Source: Octopus vulgaris
Taxonomy: Eukaryota
DNA: 64,000 nt
NCBI GenBank assembly: GCA_951406725.2
Contig: OX597814.1
Span: 214,210,001 to 214,274,000, forward strand
Direction of reading: 5' to 3'
Positions 1 through 14,002 of this stretch are shown piece by piece (within the stretch, counting starts at the first letter, position 1; each line of letters opens with the position of its first letter). Made by a program: the position numbers and the translations under genes. The notes under the pieces are model-generated. The model was not told the origin of the DNA and made no database searches. It saw only the letters and a program-made list of their open reading frames with translations.

Positions 1-305
1 AGAGTGTAGTGGTTGCCTTTACGTGCCACCAGCACGAGGGCCAGTCTGGTGGTACTGGCAACGGCCACGCTCAAATGGTGTTTTTTATGTGCCACCTGCA
101 TAGGAGTCAGTCCAGTGGCACTGGCAACAACCTCGCTTGAATGTTTTGTTCATGTGCCACCGGCACAAGTGCCAGTAAGGCAACGCTTAATAGTTCATGA
201 TATATATTCACCAATTATAGTTTAGATTGAAGTTAGTTGTTTTCATTGTACACTTGTAGGTCAACTCTGACCAAGCAGACTTATGGCCAAAGACATTGTA
301 GCTGT

Positions 306-370
<65 letters not shown>

Positions 371-747
371 CATTGAACTACATTGTCTAGAATTTCCTTC
401 CTTTTCTTTTTTTTTAAATGGTAGTGTAATTTTTAAGGAGATTTAGCTGTTATTTTAAGAGGTTGGGCTGCCACATAGAGGCTCTCCCTTTAATTTGGCT
501 GTTGAGTATTTCCTAAACTCAAACCTCATTTGCTATGTCAGGCTTTGTTTAAATTCAGTTCTTCAATGTGTTACTTGATTCAATATTGACTCTGTCAGTT
601 ATAAATTTAAACATGTTGAGTGACCTCTACCAATCTTGGAACAGCTGTTCATGCTAACCAGCCAAGAAAATGTGAATTGTAGTTTCTCTTTTCTTTCCAA
701 TATTAATTCTGATGTGTGTTTCTCATATCCTAGTCATTAACAAGTTG

Positions 748-1432
748 TCATCATCATCATCATTTAACATCTGCTTTCCATGCTGGCATGGGTTGAACAG
801 TTTGACTGAGGGCTGGCAAGCCAGAAGGCTGCACCCGGTTCCAATCTGATCAGGCAATGTTTCTACAGCTGGATGCCCTTCCTAATGCCAGCCACTCCCA
901 GAGTGTAGTGGGTGCTTTTTACATGTCATCAGTACAAGGGCCAGTCAAGCAGCACTGTCAACGACCACATTCGAATGGTGCTTTTTATGTGCCACCGGCA
1001 TAGGATCCAGTCAGCCAGCACTGGCAACACTCACTCTTGAATGGTGCTTTTTATGTGCCACTGGTATGGGACCAGTCAGGCAGCACTAACATCAACCATG
1101 CTCAAATGGTGCTTTTTATGTGCCACCAACACGGGTTGCAATCAGGCGGTACTATCATTGGCCACGACAATGACTTCACTTGCCTCAACAGGTCTTTGCA
1201 AGCACAGTTTATTGCCCAGTGATTGAAGGGTACTCTTAAATGGTTATGCTGCACTGGCGTAGGCCATGGTTACAGTCTCAGCTTGCCAGGTCTTCCCAAG
1301 TACGGTATATCTCCAAAGGTCTTGGTCACTTATCATTGCCTTGGAGAGGCCCAATGCTCGTAGGTCGTGCTTCACCGCCTCACCCCAGGTCTTCCTGGGT
1401 CTACCTCTTCCACAGGTTCTCTCTACTGCTAG
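748..1432 (-). mobile_element. RTE-clade LINE 3' end (ORF C-terminus, 3' UTR with ~60-bp subrepeats, (GAT)n tail)
   Basis: ORF end VERTCGRGRPRKTWGEAVKHDLRALGL at 1244-1432 runs directly into the UTR and tail sequence seen in many copies in this window. Confidence 0.8.
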
Positions 1433-2321
1433 GGTGTAAACACAAATAATATGAAGCATTGTAAGACCTAGTTTAAACCAGAAATGATCAACAGAGCAGA
1501 GTACTATTTTCTCAAATTAAGAACTATAAATTGTTTTCTACTATGTTATCTTATTTGAGAAAAATGGAAAGACAGGTGCTATGGTATGATAGTCATATGG
1601 CAAACATTGGTTTAGGTTCCATCATTGGATGTTAGTCATTTCTGTTTGGGATTAGTGCTTCTGATGTCTAATCATCATCATCATCATCGTTTAACATCCA
1701 TTCTCCATGCTAGCATGGGTTGGACGGTTCGACCGGGGATCTGGGAAGCCAGAAGGCTGCACCAGGCTCGTCTGATCTGGCGTAGTGTACATAAAAATTT
1801 TTAGTAAATTTATGATAGACACACTTTAATCCATACCAGTATGGTATACAAATGCTAAATGATGATGATATTATGCAAGGGTTTTTCTTTCTCTGCTTTC
1901 TATATTTTATTTGAAGAGGAAACCAACTACAAACTGCATAGTAACTTAAAACTTATGTATGAGCATATGATTGCATAACAATAACTAGAACTAGTTGTTT
2001 AGATTAAGCTTTTTTATCTGGCTTATCTTAAATGAAATTTGCATTCATTTTAAATTACATCATTTCTCATTTGTTTAATCAAGTTCTCTGTTTTCAAGAT
2101 TTTTAATTATTTGATAAGAAGTTGCTGATTCATTCCATCGCTACTGAGTTTCTACCTATGTGCAATTGTTCGGGTGGTGACCACACATAGCAAGAATCTC
2201 AAAAGTAAGATGAATCATAAGTTTCTTATGAATAAATAAGCTCTGCCTTCAAGTACTCTTTCTCATGTTTTCTATCATAAGATGTGTGGTGCGTGTGTGT
2301 GTGTGCATATAGGAGTGCAAG

Positions 2322-2356
<35 letters not shown>

Positions 2357-2499
2357 GGTAGTTATACGTCATCATGATTTTATGCATGGAAAAGGGGACA
2401 TTAAAACAATGATGGGGTCAAGCAAAAGTTATTGAGGCTGATATTCTACTCTAATTTATTGAGGCTGATGTTCTTCCTGTTACTAACCTCTCACCTTTT

Positions 2500-2890
2500 T
2501 CAGAAATGAAGCTAGTATGATCTGCTGGATGTGTAATGCCATTGTGCACACAAGACATAATGTAAGCTCCCTGAGAGAAACGTTGGACATAAGAGGCATC
2601 AGATGTGGTGTGCAAGAGAGACGACTGCACTGGTATGGTCATGTGCTATGTATGGGTGAGGAGAGATGTGTGAAGAAGTGTCACTCCTTAACAGTGGAAG
2701 GAACTTGTGGAAGAGGTAGACCCAGGAAGACACGGGATGAAGTGGTGAAGCATGACCTTTGGATGTTGGGCCTCACAGAGGCAATGACGAAAGACTGAGA
2801 CCTCTGCAGATATGCTGTGATTGAGAAAACCTGACAAAGTGAGATCATAGCTGTGGCCTACATCAGTGTCGCATAACCAGCCCATTTAAA
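2500..2890 (+). mobile_element. RTE-clade LINE fragment (RT C-terminal region)
   Basis: RRLHWYGHVLCM...VEGTCGRGRPRKT motif typical of the RTE ORF C-terminus. Confidence 0.8.
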
Positions 2891-3507
2891 AAGTACACAC
2901 ACACACACACACATTCAAATACCCCCTTTTACATACATATATATATTCACACAGAGTTGAAACGTTTGATTTATTTTTTTCAGTGTACAATTTTCATCAT
3001 CCAACTACCAAGTATGACATCACCCCTTCCTGCTTTATTCATCTATCACCCCTTCCTTTCTCATTCATAAGCACAAGAGTATTATTATAGTAGATTATCG
3101 CAGTAACCATGGGAGCTATGAAAAAAATACTAAGCCCAGCATCACCACTGGATTATTCTACACATCTATGTAATTTTTCGCGCAATTCGTTTGACTGTGA
3201 ATCCCAAGACAAGAAAGAATCGCCCATGTCAAATGTATGTATGTATGTATGTATATATATATATTTCTGTCTACCATTCACAAGGCTTTGGTCAGCCTGA
3301 GGCTATAATAAGACACTTGTCCAAGGTTTCACACAGTGGGACTGAACCTGGAACCATGTGGTTGGGAATCAGGCTTTTTACCACACAACCATGCCTATGC
3401 CTATATATTTCATATATGCACACACATACACACACACACTGATATACCTTATCTATTGACAATATATAAGGGGTGGGGGTGAGATTTTTACAGTCTATAA
3501 GATATAT

Positions 3508-3938
3508 CTGGCTGTGTGGTAAGTAGCTTGCTAACCAACCACATGGTTTTGGGTTCAGTCCCACTGCGTGGCGTCTTGGGCCAGTGTCTTCTGCTATAGC
3601 CCCAGGCCGACCAATGCCTTGTGAGTGGATTTGGTAGACGGAAACTGAAAGAAGCCTGTCGTATATATATATGTGTGTGTGTTTGTGTGTGTGTGTGTGT
3701 TTGTCCCCCTAGCATTGCTTGACAACCGATGCTGGTGTGTTTACGTCCCCCTAGCATTGCTTGACAACTGATGCTGGTGTGTTTACGTCCCCGTCACTTA
3801 GCGGTTCGGCAAAAGAGACCGATAGGATATGTACTGGGCTTACAAAGAATAAGTCCCGACGTCGATTTGCTCGACTAAAGGCAGTGCTCCAGCATGGCCG
3901 CAGTCAAATGACTGAAACAAGTAAAAGAGTAAAAGAGT
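3508..3938 (+). mobile_element. tRNA-derived SINE family B (central (AT)n/(GT)n, (AAAAGAGT)n tail)
   Basis: A-box-like TGGCTGTGTGG and B-box-like GGTTCAGTCCC; near-identical to many other copies here; this copy has a ~43-bp internal tandem duplication at ~3705-3790. Confidence 0.85.
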
Positions 3939-4150
3939 ATCTAAAATTGTTGTCATTGGATTCAGAAAACATTATTTGGGGCTGTAGTTGTGTGGAAAAA
4001 AAAAAAAAAAAAAAAAGAAAAATTTGAAGTTTCCTTCAGCATATTGAATTTGTTACAAGAAGTTGTTAATAATAAGCAACAGATGTAGTTATATGAATAA
4101 AAAGTATTGGAAACAGCTGTATTTCCAATGTCCCTCCTCCTTTCTTTTTC

Positions 4151-4217
<67 letters not shown>

Positions 4218-4487
4218 GCATGTGCACACACAGAGGTCTGCTGCTGTTAGTTTGAAGTTGGTCACTTTGTTTTTTGTTTTTTTTTTAATCAACATGCAAT
4301 TTGTTACATTTTTTTATGACGTAGCTATTCTGAAATGATAATGGTTATAAATTTACTATGTACCCCCTATTGTCACTCTTAAGAATTAACTGTAACTGAA
4401 CTCTGGTATTGCTTTATGACATATATATCAGTGACCCCACTTTTGCACCCAGAATGAAGAATTGTGAGCCATAAACTGCAGCTCATC

Positions 4488-4985
<498 letters not shown>

Positions 4986-5259
4986 GATGATGATGTGTGT
5001 GTGTTGCTAGGTGTTATGTATATTTTTAACCCTCTAATATTCAGCTTATTCTGTCAAATGTAAAGCTTACTTATTCAGATTGCTTTGAATTAAGTATAAA
5101 TTATCTTGTAGCTTCAAGATTTCAATGATGTGACTGTTTATTCCAGAGTGCCAGCTCAGTCAAACCATACAAGCCATGCCAGCATTTATTATTTATTCTT
5201 GCCAGCATGGGTTGTATGGTTTAACTGAGCTGTCACTCACAATTGAAATTGAATTGAAT

Positions 5260-5575
5260 TGTATCTGCTACTATAACCTCAGGCCAACCAATACCTTCTG
5301 AGTGGCTTTGGTAGACGGAAACTGAAAGAAGCCTGTTATATATGTATGTATTTATGTGTATGTGTGTCTTTATGTCTGTGTCTGTTGCCCGCCATCTCTT
5401 GACAACCGATGATGATGTGTTTAAGTTGCTGTAACTTAGCAGTTTGGCAAAAGAAATTGATAGAATAAGTACTAGGCTTACAAAGAATGTTCTGGGGTTG
5501 ATTTCTTTGGCTAAAAAAACCTCTAAAGGTGGTGCTCCAGCATAGCCGCAGTCAAATGACTGAAACAAGAATAAA
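5260..5575 (+). mobile_element. SINE family B, 5'-truncated
   Basis: Body and tail of family B. Confidence 0.75.
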
Positions 5576-5589
5576 TATATATATATATT

Positions 5590-5990
5590 CTTTTTTTTTT
5601 CACTTGTTTCAGTCATTTAACTGTGGTCATGCTGGAGCACCACTTTTAGTTGAACAAATTAACCCCAGGACTTATTCTTCGTAAGCCTAGTACTTATTCT
5701 CTGTCTCTTTTTGCTGAACTGCTAAGTTATGAGGACGTAAACACACCAACATCGGTTGTCAAGCATTGGTGGGGGGACAAACACAGACACAAATAACAAA
5801 TACATACACACATACATACAGACAAACAGACAGACTTCTTTCAGTTTCCATCTACCAAATCCACAAGGCTTTGGTCGGCCCGAGGCTATTGTAGAAGACA
5901 CTTGCCCAAGGTGCCACGCAGTTGGGACTGAACTCAGAACCATGTGGTTGGGAAGCAAGCTTCTTACCACACGGCCACTCCTCCACCTAT
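5590..5990 (-). mobile_element. SINE family B
   Basis: Reverse complement of family B, tail-to-tail with the previous copy. Confidence 0.8.
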
Positions 5991-6587
5991 ATGAAATATC
6001 TGTGTGTGTGTTTATCCCCCACCAGAACTTTACAGCCAGTGTTGGTGTTTTTACATACCAGTAAGTTAGTAGTTCGGCAAAAATCACTGAAAGAATAAGT
6101 GTGGGGCTTTAAAAAAAAAAAAAATCAACTAAGTCCTGGGGTCAATTCATTCAACTAAAAATTCTTCAAGCAGTACCCCAGCACGGCCACGGTCCAATGA
6201 CTGAAACTAGTATAAAGATAAAGGGCGAGTAAGTATGATTTGGTAGCATGTATCATACTTTCACTAATTGTTTTATGTAATCTCAGACCGACACAGACAC
6301 AGCCTGTCAGTCTTTACATCCTTGATCCAGTGAAACACTTAGAATTGTAATAGTGGTGACCGCACTCGGCTGGTACTCAGTGGAGAAGCCTGGAGGAATG
6401 TGAAATGAAGCACCTTGCTCAGGAATGCAACTTGCTACCCAATCAGTGAATTGATACCTGAGCATTACGATCTGTTGTCTGATATCCCAACCACATGATG
6501 ACATACCTAAATGCATATATATATATTATGTAGATTTGTGTGTGTTTGTGGAAATGTGTATGTATGTGTGGAAATATATATACATAC

Positions 6588-6619
<32 letters not shown>

Positions 6620-6634
<15 letters not shown>

Positions 6635-6999
6635 GGCAGTTTGTCTGTGCGTGTTTCTGTGTGTCTGTTTGCTTGTACCCTCACCCTGACCACGGCTTTC
6701 AACCGATTCTGATGAAACTTGACACACACATAGCCCAATGTCATATTTCAAAACTAACGCAGCGAAAATTTTGAAAAGTTCCCCCAGTTCTGAAAATAAC
6801 CGATAAATTCGACATGGGGTCGAGAATCAGAAACACAAACCGCAAACTGTCTAGGGGACGCAACTCCACCTTTTTTAACTAAAAAAAAAATTTACCATCA
6901 TTTTTTTCCATTTTTTTGCTATTTTTTGTCTATAACTCTCTAAAAATGCTTTATAGTTATTTCCCTTACAAACTTGAGCAACGCCGGCCGATACTGCTA

Positions 7000-7000
<1 letters not shown>
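6620..7000 (+). mobile_element. Non-autonomous Helitron-like element
   Basis: Ends in a GC-rich palindrome (gccggccg) then CTAG|T at 6997-7000; its 3' ~100 bp is shared with the element at 61740-62129; the 5' end is lost in (AT)n. Confidence 0.65.
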
Positions 7001-7044
<44 letters not shown>

Positions 7045-7412
7045 ACCCGGGCTGCTTTCTGCAGCAATTCCACATACCCCCTACCCATTCAAAGTACCCC
7101 GGATCCCCAAAGTACCCCGGATCCCCAAAGTACCCCGGACCCAGTCGCCCCTGTGCCGCTGGCACGTTAAAAGCTCGAACCGATCGTGACCGATGCCGGA
7201 CCCCCCGGCCCCTGTGCAGGTGGCACGTAAAAAGCACCCAATCCACTCACGGAGTGGTTGGCGTTAGGAAGGGCATCCAGCCGTAGAAACTCTGCCAAAT
7301 GAGACTGGAGCCTGGAGCGGCCCCTGGCTTCCCAGACCCCGGTTGAACCGTCCAACCCGTGCTAGCACGGAAAACGGACGTTAAACGATGATGATGATGA
7401 TGATGATGATAT
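7045..7412 (+). mobile_element. RTE-LINE 3' end copy, with an 18-bp tandem repeat (caaagtaccccggatccc x3)
   Basis: ggcgttaggaagggcatccag...cgttaaacgatgatgat tail. Confidence 0.75.
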
Positions 7413-7695
7413 AATCTGGTGATGTCTTGGTTTTGTATCAAAGTAACATGAGACAGAATAGCGTAGTTTGAAGGATAATTGGTTGCTTTCTCTGTTTCTC
7501 TCTCTATATATATATGTGTGTGTGTGTGCGTGTGTATATATATATATTCAGGATATGATGGGTAAATTGTCACCATTTTATATTTTTAATTTCACACAAG
7601 CACATTGTTTTTTGTCATCTACACAGTATAGTAGGGTCAGTTGGGCACCATGTCACAATTCACTCTGCCAGAAATTTGGAAACAATGGAAGGATG

Positions 7696-8080
7696 GAAGC
7701 ACTCTGTCGGTTACGACGATGAGGGCTCCGGTTGATCCGATCAACGGAACAGCCTGCTCGTGAAATTAACGTGTAAGTGGCTGAGCACTCTACAGACACG
7801 TGTACCCTTAGCGCAGTTCTCGGGGATATTCAGTGTGACACAGAGAGTGACAAGGTCGGCCCCTTGAAATACAGGTACAACAGAAACAGGAAGTAAGAGT
7901 GAGAGAAAGTTGTGGTGAAAGAGTACAGCAGGGATCACCACCATCCCCTGCCGGAGCCTCGTGGAGCTTTAGGTGTTTTCGCTCAATAAACACTCACAAC
8001 GCCCGGTCTGGGAATTGAAACCGCGATCCTACGACCGCGAGTCCGCTGCCCTAACCACTGGGCCATTGCGCCTCCATCAT
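7696..8080 (-). mobile_element. tRNA-derived SINE family D
   Basis: Minus-strand head GGAGGCGCAATGGCCCAGTGGTTAGGGCAGCGG...GGTTTCAATTCCC; near-identical copy at 15527-15881. Confidence 0.8.
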
Positions 8081-8204
8081 TTCGAAACAATATGCTGTAC
8101 TGCTTGGCATTTGTGCCAGAGGCTCCAATATGAACATTTCAATGTTTGGGTGTCAATCTGAGAACAGTGCAATCTTAGGGTATGTACCGAGAGTGATATA
8201 AATC

Positions 8205-8550
8205 AAACAACCAGTCAACATCATGGAGTTTCAAGTGATCACTTGTGATGGCGACGCTATGCCTCCATTCATCTTCCCCAACAGCCTCAGACTCAAGACA
8301 GAGGCCTACATCAAGTACCTGGATGAGTTAGTGCTGCCCTGGGTCAAGAGGGTGGCTGCTGGAAGACCCTGTGTCTGGCAACAGGATTCTGCATCATGTC
8401 ACACAAGCAGGAGAATTCAGTTATGGCTTTCAGACAATTTCTGCAACCACATCACCCCTAACCTCTGGCCACATAACTCCCCAGACTGCGACCCCCTTGA
8501 TTATTATGTATGGGGCGCAGTTGAGCAAGAGACCAACAAAACTCCTCGTA
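8205..8550 (+). mobile_element. Tc1/mariner superfamily transposase relic, DD37D (maT-type)
   Basis: WQQDSASCH...WPHNSPDCDPLDYYVW, with 37 residues between the second and third catalytic Asp; fragment only. Confidence 0.8.
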
Positions 8551-8649
8551 AACATCAAAGAACCCCTTATTTGGTTCATATATGTGAAAGGGATGAGTAT
8601 TTTGTTAATTTTGCCTTGTTTTTCTGTACAGTCATTGGTGGGGGTGGGG

Positions 8650-8838
8650 ATTGGCACGTAAAAAGCACCCACTACATTCACGAAGTGGTTGGTGTTAGGA
8701 AGGGCATCCAGCCGTAGAAACATTGCCAGATCAGACTGAGCCTGGTGCAGCCTTCTGGCTTCCCAGACCCCAGTTGAACCGTCCAACCCATGCTATCATG
8801 GAAAGCGGACGCTAAACGACGATGATGATGATGATGAA
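8650..8838 (+). mobile_element. RTE-LINE 3' end copy
   Basis: Shared UTR and (GAT)n tail. Confidence 0.75.
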
Positions 8839-9542
8839 ATATTCTGCTCTCATTCAAAATGCTGGTTTGCTTATATTGACATCTCTGTTTAATATAAAGT
8901 TCATATTTCATTTAACTGTCTCTCTGGTAGTGTCGGAAAGTACTCTATGATCTCTCCGGGAACAACTTCCATGAGTGTGACACCATTTCTTAAGCTTCCG
9001 GGACATAAGTGTGCACAGGTTATTTTTGCTATTTATGTTAATTGTATTAAAGGGCTTCTGTATTTGGAAGTAGAGTTTCTGATTTGGGTCTTGTATTTAG
9101 ATATTTTTTTTTAATTTTGTAGTCTCTTAAGTGGTATTATTATTGTTTAGTCCCAAGTTACAACTAATGAAACAAAAATGGTTAAAAATGCCTTCCAGCT
9201 GTGACCATTTTTCTTGTATTTGGGATTATATTGCATTGACTACCAAACAAGAGTAACTAGTTTTGACATTATGGGGGTTAAAAAATCTTTCAGCTATTAT
9301 CATTTTTCTTCTATTAGAAATGACATTGTATTCACTGATAGAGTAACTAATTTTGACATTATGAGGGTTAAAAAGTCTGATATCTATGGGTTCTTTGGAA
9401 ATGCTTCTTAATTTGCATCAAGAAGCTCCTAATTATATTAGTGGTAATCTGGCATTATTTAAGCCACTAGATTTTGATTTTATTTAGAAAGTAAAAGATC
9501 TCTCTTCCCCCTTCTCTCCCCACCCCAGTGTACATGTGTGTG

Positions 9543-9574
<32 letters not shown>

Positions 9575-9579
<5 letters not shown>

Positions 9580-9735
9580 AGAGTTTACAAAAAAAACAAA
9601 AGACGAAGACAGGTGGTGTACAAAACAAACAGATGTATTAGTATAACGCTCAGAAATAGAAAAAAGTCTTTTACGTTTCAAGCATATGCTCTTCTACAGA
9701 AAGGGACACAGAAAAAACAAGGAGAGAAACAAGGG
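9575..9735 (-). mobile_element. Possible Penelope-like element terminal repeat fragment with hammerhead-like motif
   Basis: Minus strand reads CTTT-CTGTAGA-AGAGCATATGCTT-GAAA-CG-TA-AAAG. The family assignment is inference. Confidence 0.4.
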
Positions 9736-10134
9736 TCAGTAAGAACAAGTGTATCGAAATATTTATTATAGAAGATTAACAAAACATTGGGATTAGATAT
9801 TTTAGACATATTTAGATATATCTAATTTCTATCTTTTGTGAAAATTTCAAGTGAATGGAATAAATATTTCTTAAGTTATGAGGAAATAAACAAATAATCT
9901 TATAAACTGCAACTGCCAAAAGTTAAGAGTCACTTAGAAAAACAATGAAAAATGGAACAAGAACAAAAAAAAAAGACCCTTACTATTTATATTTTGTGAA
10001 CTTCCCTTTACTATCAATGACCTTCTGACATCTGTTACCACAGGACTGAATTATATGGCAGTGGTATCTATTTACTATTAGCATGCGCATACACACAACT
10101 ATATGACCAGCTTCTTTCAGTTTCATTTAACAAA

Positions 10135-10490
10135 TCTCCACCTGTCTAACACTTGTGGACATGTTTACAGAGTCAGAAAACAGCACAGCTCCCATGACTT
10201 TCGGAAACATTTTTTCACGCTAAGAGTTGCTGAAGCATGGAACAAACTACTGGCATCAGTTGTTAGTTCTCGGAGCACTGCATCCTTCAAAACTTCCATG
10301 CTTCCTGAGATTCACCAACACTACACCTGATTTTCTCCCCTCCATACACACACAAGCATGTACCTGACTCATACACTGTTCACTTTCCAAACATTTGTAC
10401 ATTACTGCATATGCTTTATATGCACTTTTGACAAGTTGTGGTGCACCTGAGCACTGTATACAATAATTTCATTATTATGATTATTAATCT
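10135..10490 (+). mobile_element. CR1-type LINE 3' fragment
   Basis: SSHDFRKHFFTLRVAEAWNKL ORF end, 3' UTR and (ATT)n tail. Confidence 0.85.
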
Positions 10491-11219
10491 AATCACAAGG
10501 TTGTGGTCAACCCAGGGCTGTAGTAAAAGACACTTGTTTGGGGTGCTACACAGTGGGACTGAACCTGAAATCTCATAGTTGTGAAGCGAACTTCTTTACC
10601 TCATAGCCATGCCCTGCACGAGCATACATTCGGCTAGTGTAGTGTCTAGGTGATCACATGCTCCCGTTCAACCAATTTTATAAAGTGTGATGTTGCATGA
10701 ATAACTTGGTCTCTTCGTAGCCGTTAACCTTACCTTTCCTTACAGATGAGTTTCATCTGGCTACACTTTTATGCCCTTCCATACATTTTTCCAAACCTTA
10801 TTGTGTCACTTTAGTTACAGACTGGTAGACCAGGTTAGCTACTCTTTATTTTTTCTCTCCCCCACTCCATCTCTCTTTCTTCTCAATTAATGCTCCATTG
10901 TTCATCTTAGCTTTGTTTTATTACCATCTCTATAGTTAAAACGGTGGTCGGGAGCTGAGTAGAATCCAAATAATGGTTTATTCACACACAAAGATAAGCC
11001 AGTCAATACTGTTTATATTAAATATATTTAGCCCAGCCCAAGTAAAGCTCAATAATCAGCTTTATACACCACGTTTTCCTGATACCTTGTTCTCTGTGAC
11101 CTTTCGCTGCAACGGTCACACACACACACTCGCACACACACACATGCACACACATACACATACACATTTTTTCTCTTTCTCTTGTTTTCTCTCACTAATA
11201 TACACACGCATATATGCAA

Positions 11220-11867
11220 ACACATACACTCATACACTGACACACACTCGTACACTGACACACACACACTCATACACTGACACACACACACACTCATACA
11301 CTGACACACACACACTCGTACACTGACACACACACACTCGTATACTGACACACACACACACTCGTACACTGACACACACACACACACTCATACACTGACA
11401 CACACACACTCATACACTGACACACACACACACACACTCATACACTGACACACACACTCATACACTGACACACACACACTACATACACTGACACACACAC
11501 ACTCGTACACTGACACACACACACTCGTACACTGACACACACACACTCATACACTGACACACACACACACACACTCGTACACTGACACACACACACTCGT
11601 ACACTGACACACACACACACTCGTACACTGACACACACACACACTCGTACACTGACACACACACACTCGTACACTGACACACACACACTCGTACACTGAC
11701 ACACACACACTCGTACACTGACACACACACACACTCACTCGTACACTGACACACACTCGTACACTGACACACACACACTCGTACACTGACACACACACAC
11801 TCATACACTGACACACACACACTCGTACACTGACACACACACACTCGTACACTGACACACACACACA

Positions 11868-11904
<37 letters not shown>

Positions 11905-12747
11905 ACACACACACACTCACACACTGACACACACACACACACACTCATACACTGACACACACACTCATACACTGACACACACATTTACATACACTGACAC
12001 ACACACTCATACACTGACACACACATTTACATACACTGACACACACACACTCGTACACTGACACACACACACTCGTACACTGACACACACACACTCATAC
12101 AGCTACACATTGGCTTATTGTCACACACTCGTACACTGAAATATTAACACACACACAACTGTTTGTGGGTTTTTTACACACACACACACACTCGTACACA
12201 TCGTACAGTTTGTGACACACACACTCGTACACTGACACATTTCACACACTCGTACACTGACACACACACACTCGTACACTGACACACGCGCACTCGTACA
12301 CTGACACACACACACTCGTACACTGACACACACACACTCGTACACTGACACACACACACTCATACACTGACACACACACACTCGTACACTGACACACACA
12401 CACTCGTACACTGACACACACGCACTTGTACACTGACACACACACACACATACACTGACACACACACACACACTCGTACACTGACACACACACTCGTACA
12501 CTGACACACACGCACTCATACACTGACACACACACACTCGTACACTGACACACACGCACTCGTACACTGACACACACACACACTCATACACTGACACACA
12601 CACACACACACTTGTACACTGACACACACACACTCACAGACACACACACATGCACATACACACACACACACACACGTACACAGACACACACTTGTACACT
12701 GACACACACACATTTACACACACACACATACACAGACACACACACAT

Positions 12748-12786
<39 letters not shown>

Positions 12787-12810
12787 CACACACACCCATG
12801 CACATGCACA
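11220..12810. repeat. Compound CA-rich minisatellite, unit CTC(G/A)TACACTGA(CA)n
   Basis: Dozens of ~20-26 bp units visible directly. Confidence 0.95.
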
Positions 12811-13769
12811 CTATCTATGCTTCCATCATTTTTGTAACATTGCAAAGCCTTGAATTATAATATGGAATGTAAATTAATATACTTCAAATGTCACTCATCA
12901 TATAATCTAATTTTAGATTTTTTTGCAGCTGGATGCTCTTCCTGTTACCAATTTGCACCTGTTTCAAAGTAAGGTAAACTTCCTCTTTTAAGCTAACATT
13001 GGCTTATTGTCAGAACTGGAAAATTGGAAATGGACACCAACCTGTATGTTGGTGACGCACACTTAGAACTATCTAACAATAATTGTAAACCATCAGACAC
13101 GTGCATATGCATATGCACACACACACTCACATGCATGATGGGCTTCTTTCAGTTTCTATCAATCCACAAGGTTAAAAACATTTGCCCAACATGCCATACA
13201 GTGAGATTGAACCCGAAGCCATGTGGTTAGGGAGCAAACTTCTTGCAAACAACTATCTCTGCACAATTACATACAACACACACACACACACATATATATA
13301 CACTCTCAGAGTGCTTGCCATCAGGAAGGGCATCCAGCTGTAGAAACTTTGCCAGATCAGATTGGAGCCTGGCACAGCCATCTGGTTCGTCAGCTCTGTC
13401 AAATCGTCCAACCCATGCTAGCATGGAAAGCAGACATTAAATGATGATGATGATGATGATGATGATATATATGCATGCATGCATCCATGTTCTATCCTAT
13501 TCTGTCTCATATTCATGTTGTACCTGGACCACACATCTCTTTCTTTATCTCTTTCTCTCTCCCACTTTCCAGATGGGCAAGCCATGTATTCACCTCTTCA
13601 GCAAGATACCAGCTTCTCTCCCTCTATCATAGTTTCTTATTCCTCCACTTTATACTCAACTCAGTTGAGGGGGTCTTCTCTTGCAGGTCCTTGGTGACCT
13701 CACCAATGCTGGTGCCACATAAAAAGCACCCAGTACACTGTTAAGCAGTTGGTATTAGTAAGAGTAATT

Positions 13770-14002
13770 AAGCGGTGAGCTGGCAGAATCGTTAGCACGC
13801 CGGCCAGAATGCTTAGCAGTATTTCGTCTGCCATTACGTTCTGAGTTCAAATTCCGCTGATGTCGACTTTGCCTTTCATCCTTTCGGGGGTCGATAAATT
13901 AAGTGCCAGTTACGCACTGGGGTCGATATAATCGACTTAATCCGTTTGTCTGTCTTTGTTTGTCCCCTCTGTGTTTAGCCCCTTGTGGGTAGTAAAGAAA
14001 TA
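13770..14002 (+). mobile_element. tRNA-derived SINE family A nested in an old RTE tail, 16-bp TSD
   Basis: Head gcggtgagctggcagaa and B-box gagttcaaattcc; ggtattagtaagagta is duplicated at 13751-13766 and 14003-14018. Confidence 0.85.

Noticed and set aside
7990-8080. tRNA gene
   Set aside because: A- and B-box-like motifs are present but run into a multi-copy SINE body, and I could not build a complete cloverleaf; the same applies to the other SINE heads.
9225-9400. 90-bp-period tandem duplication (gagtaacta.ttttgacattatg.gggttaaaaa)
   Set aside because: Only two diverged units in intronic DNA, with no sign of function.
11049-12853. Many Cys/Val- or His/Thr-rich ORFs
   Set aside because: Translations of the CA-rich minisatellite; no splice or compositional support.
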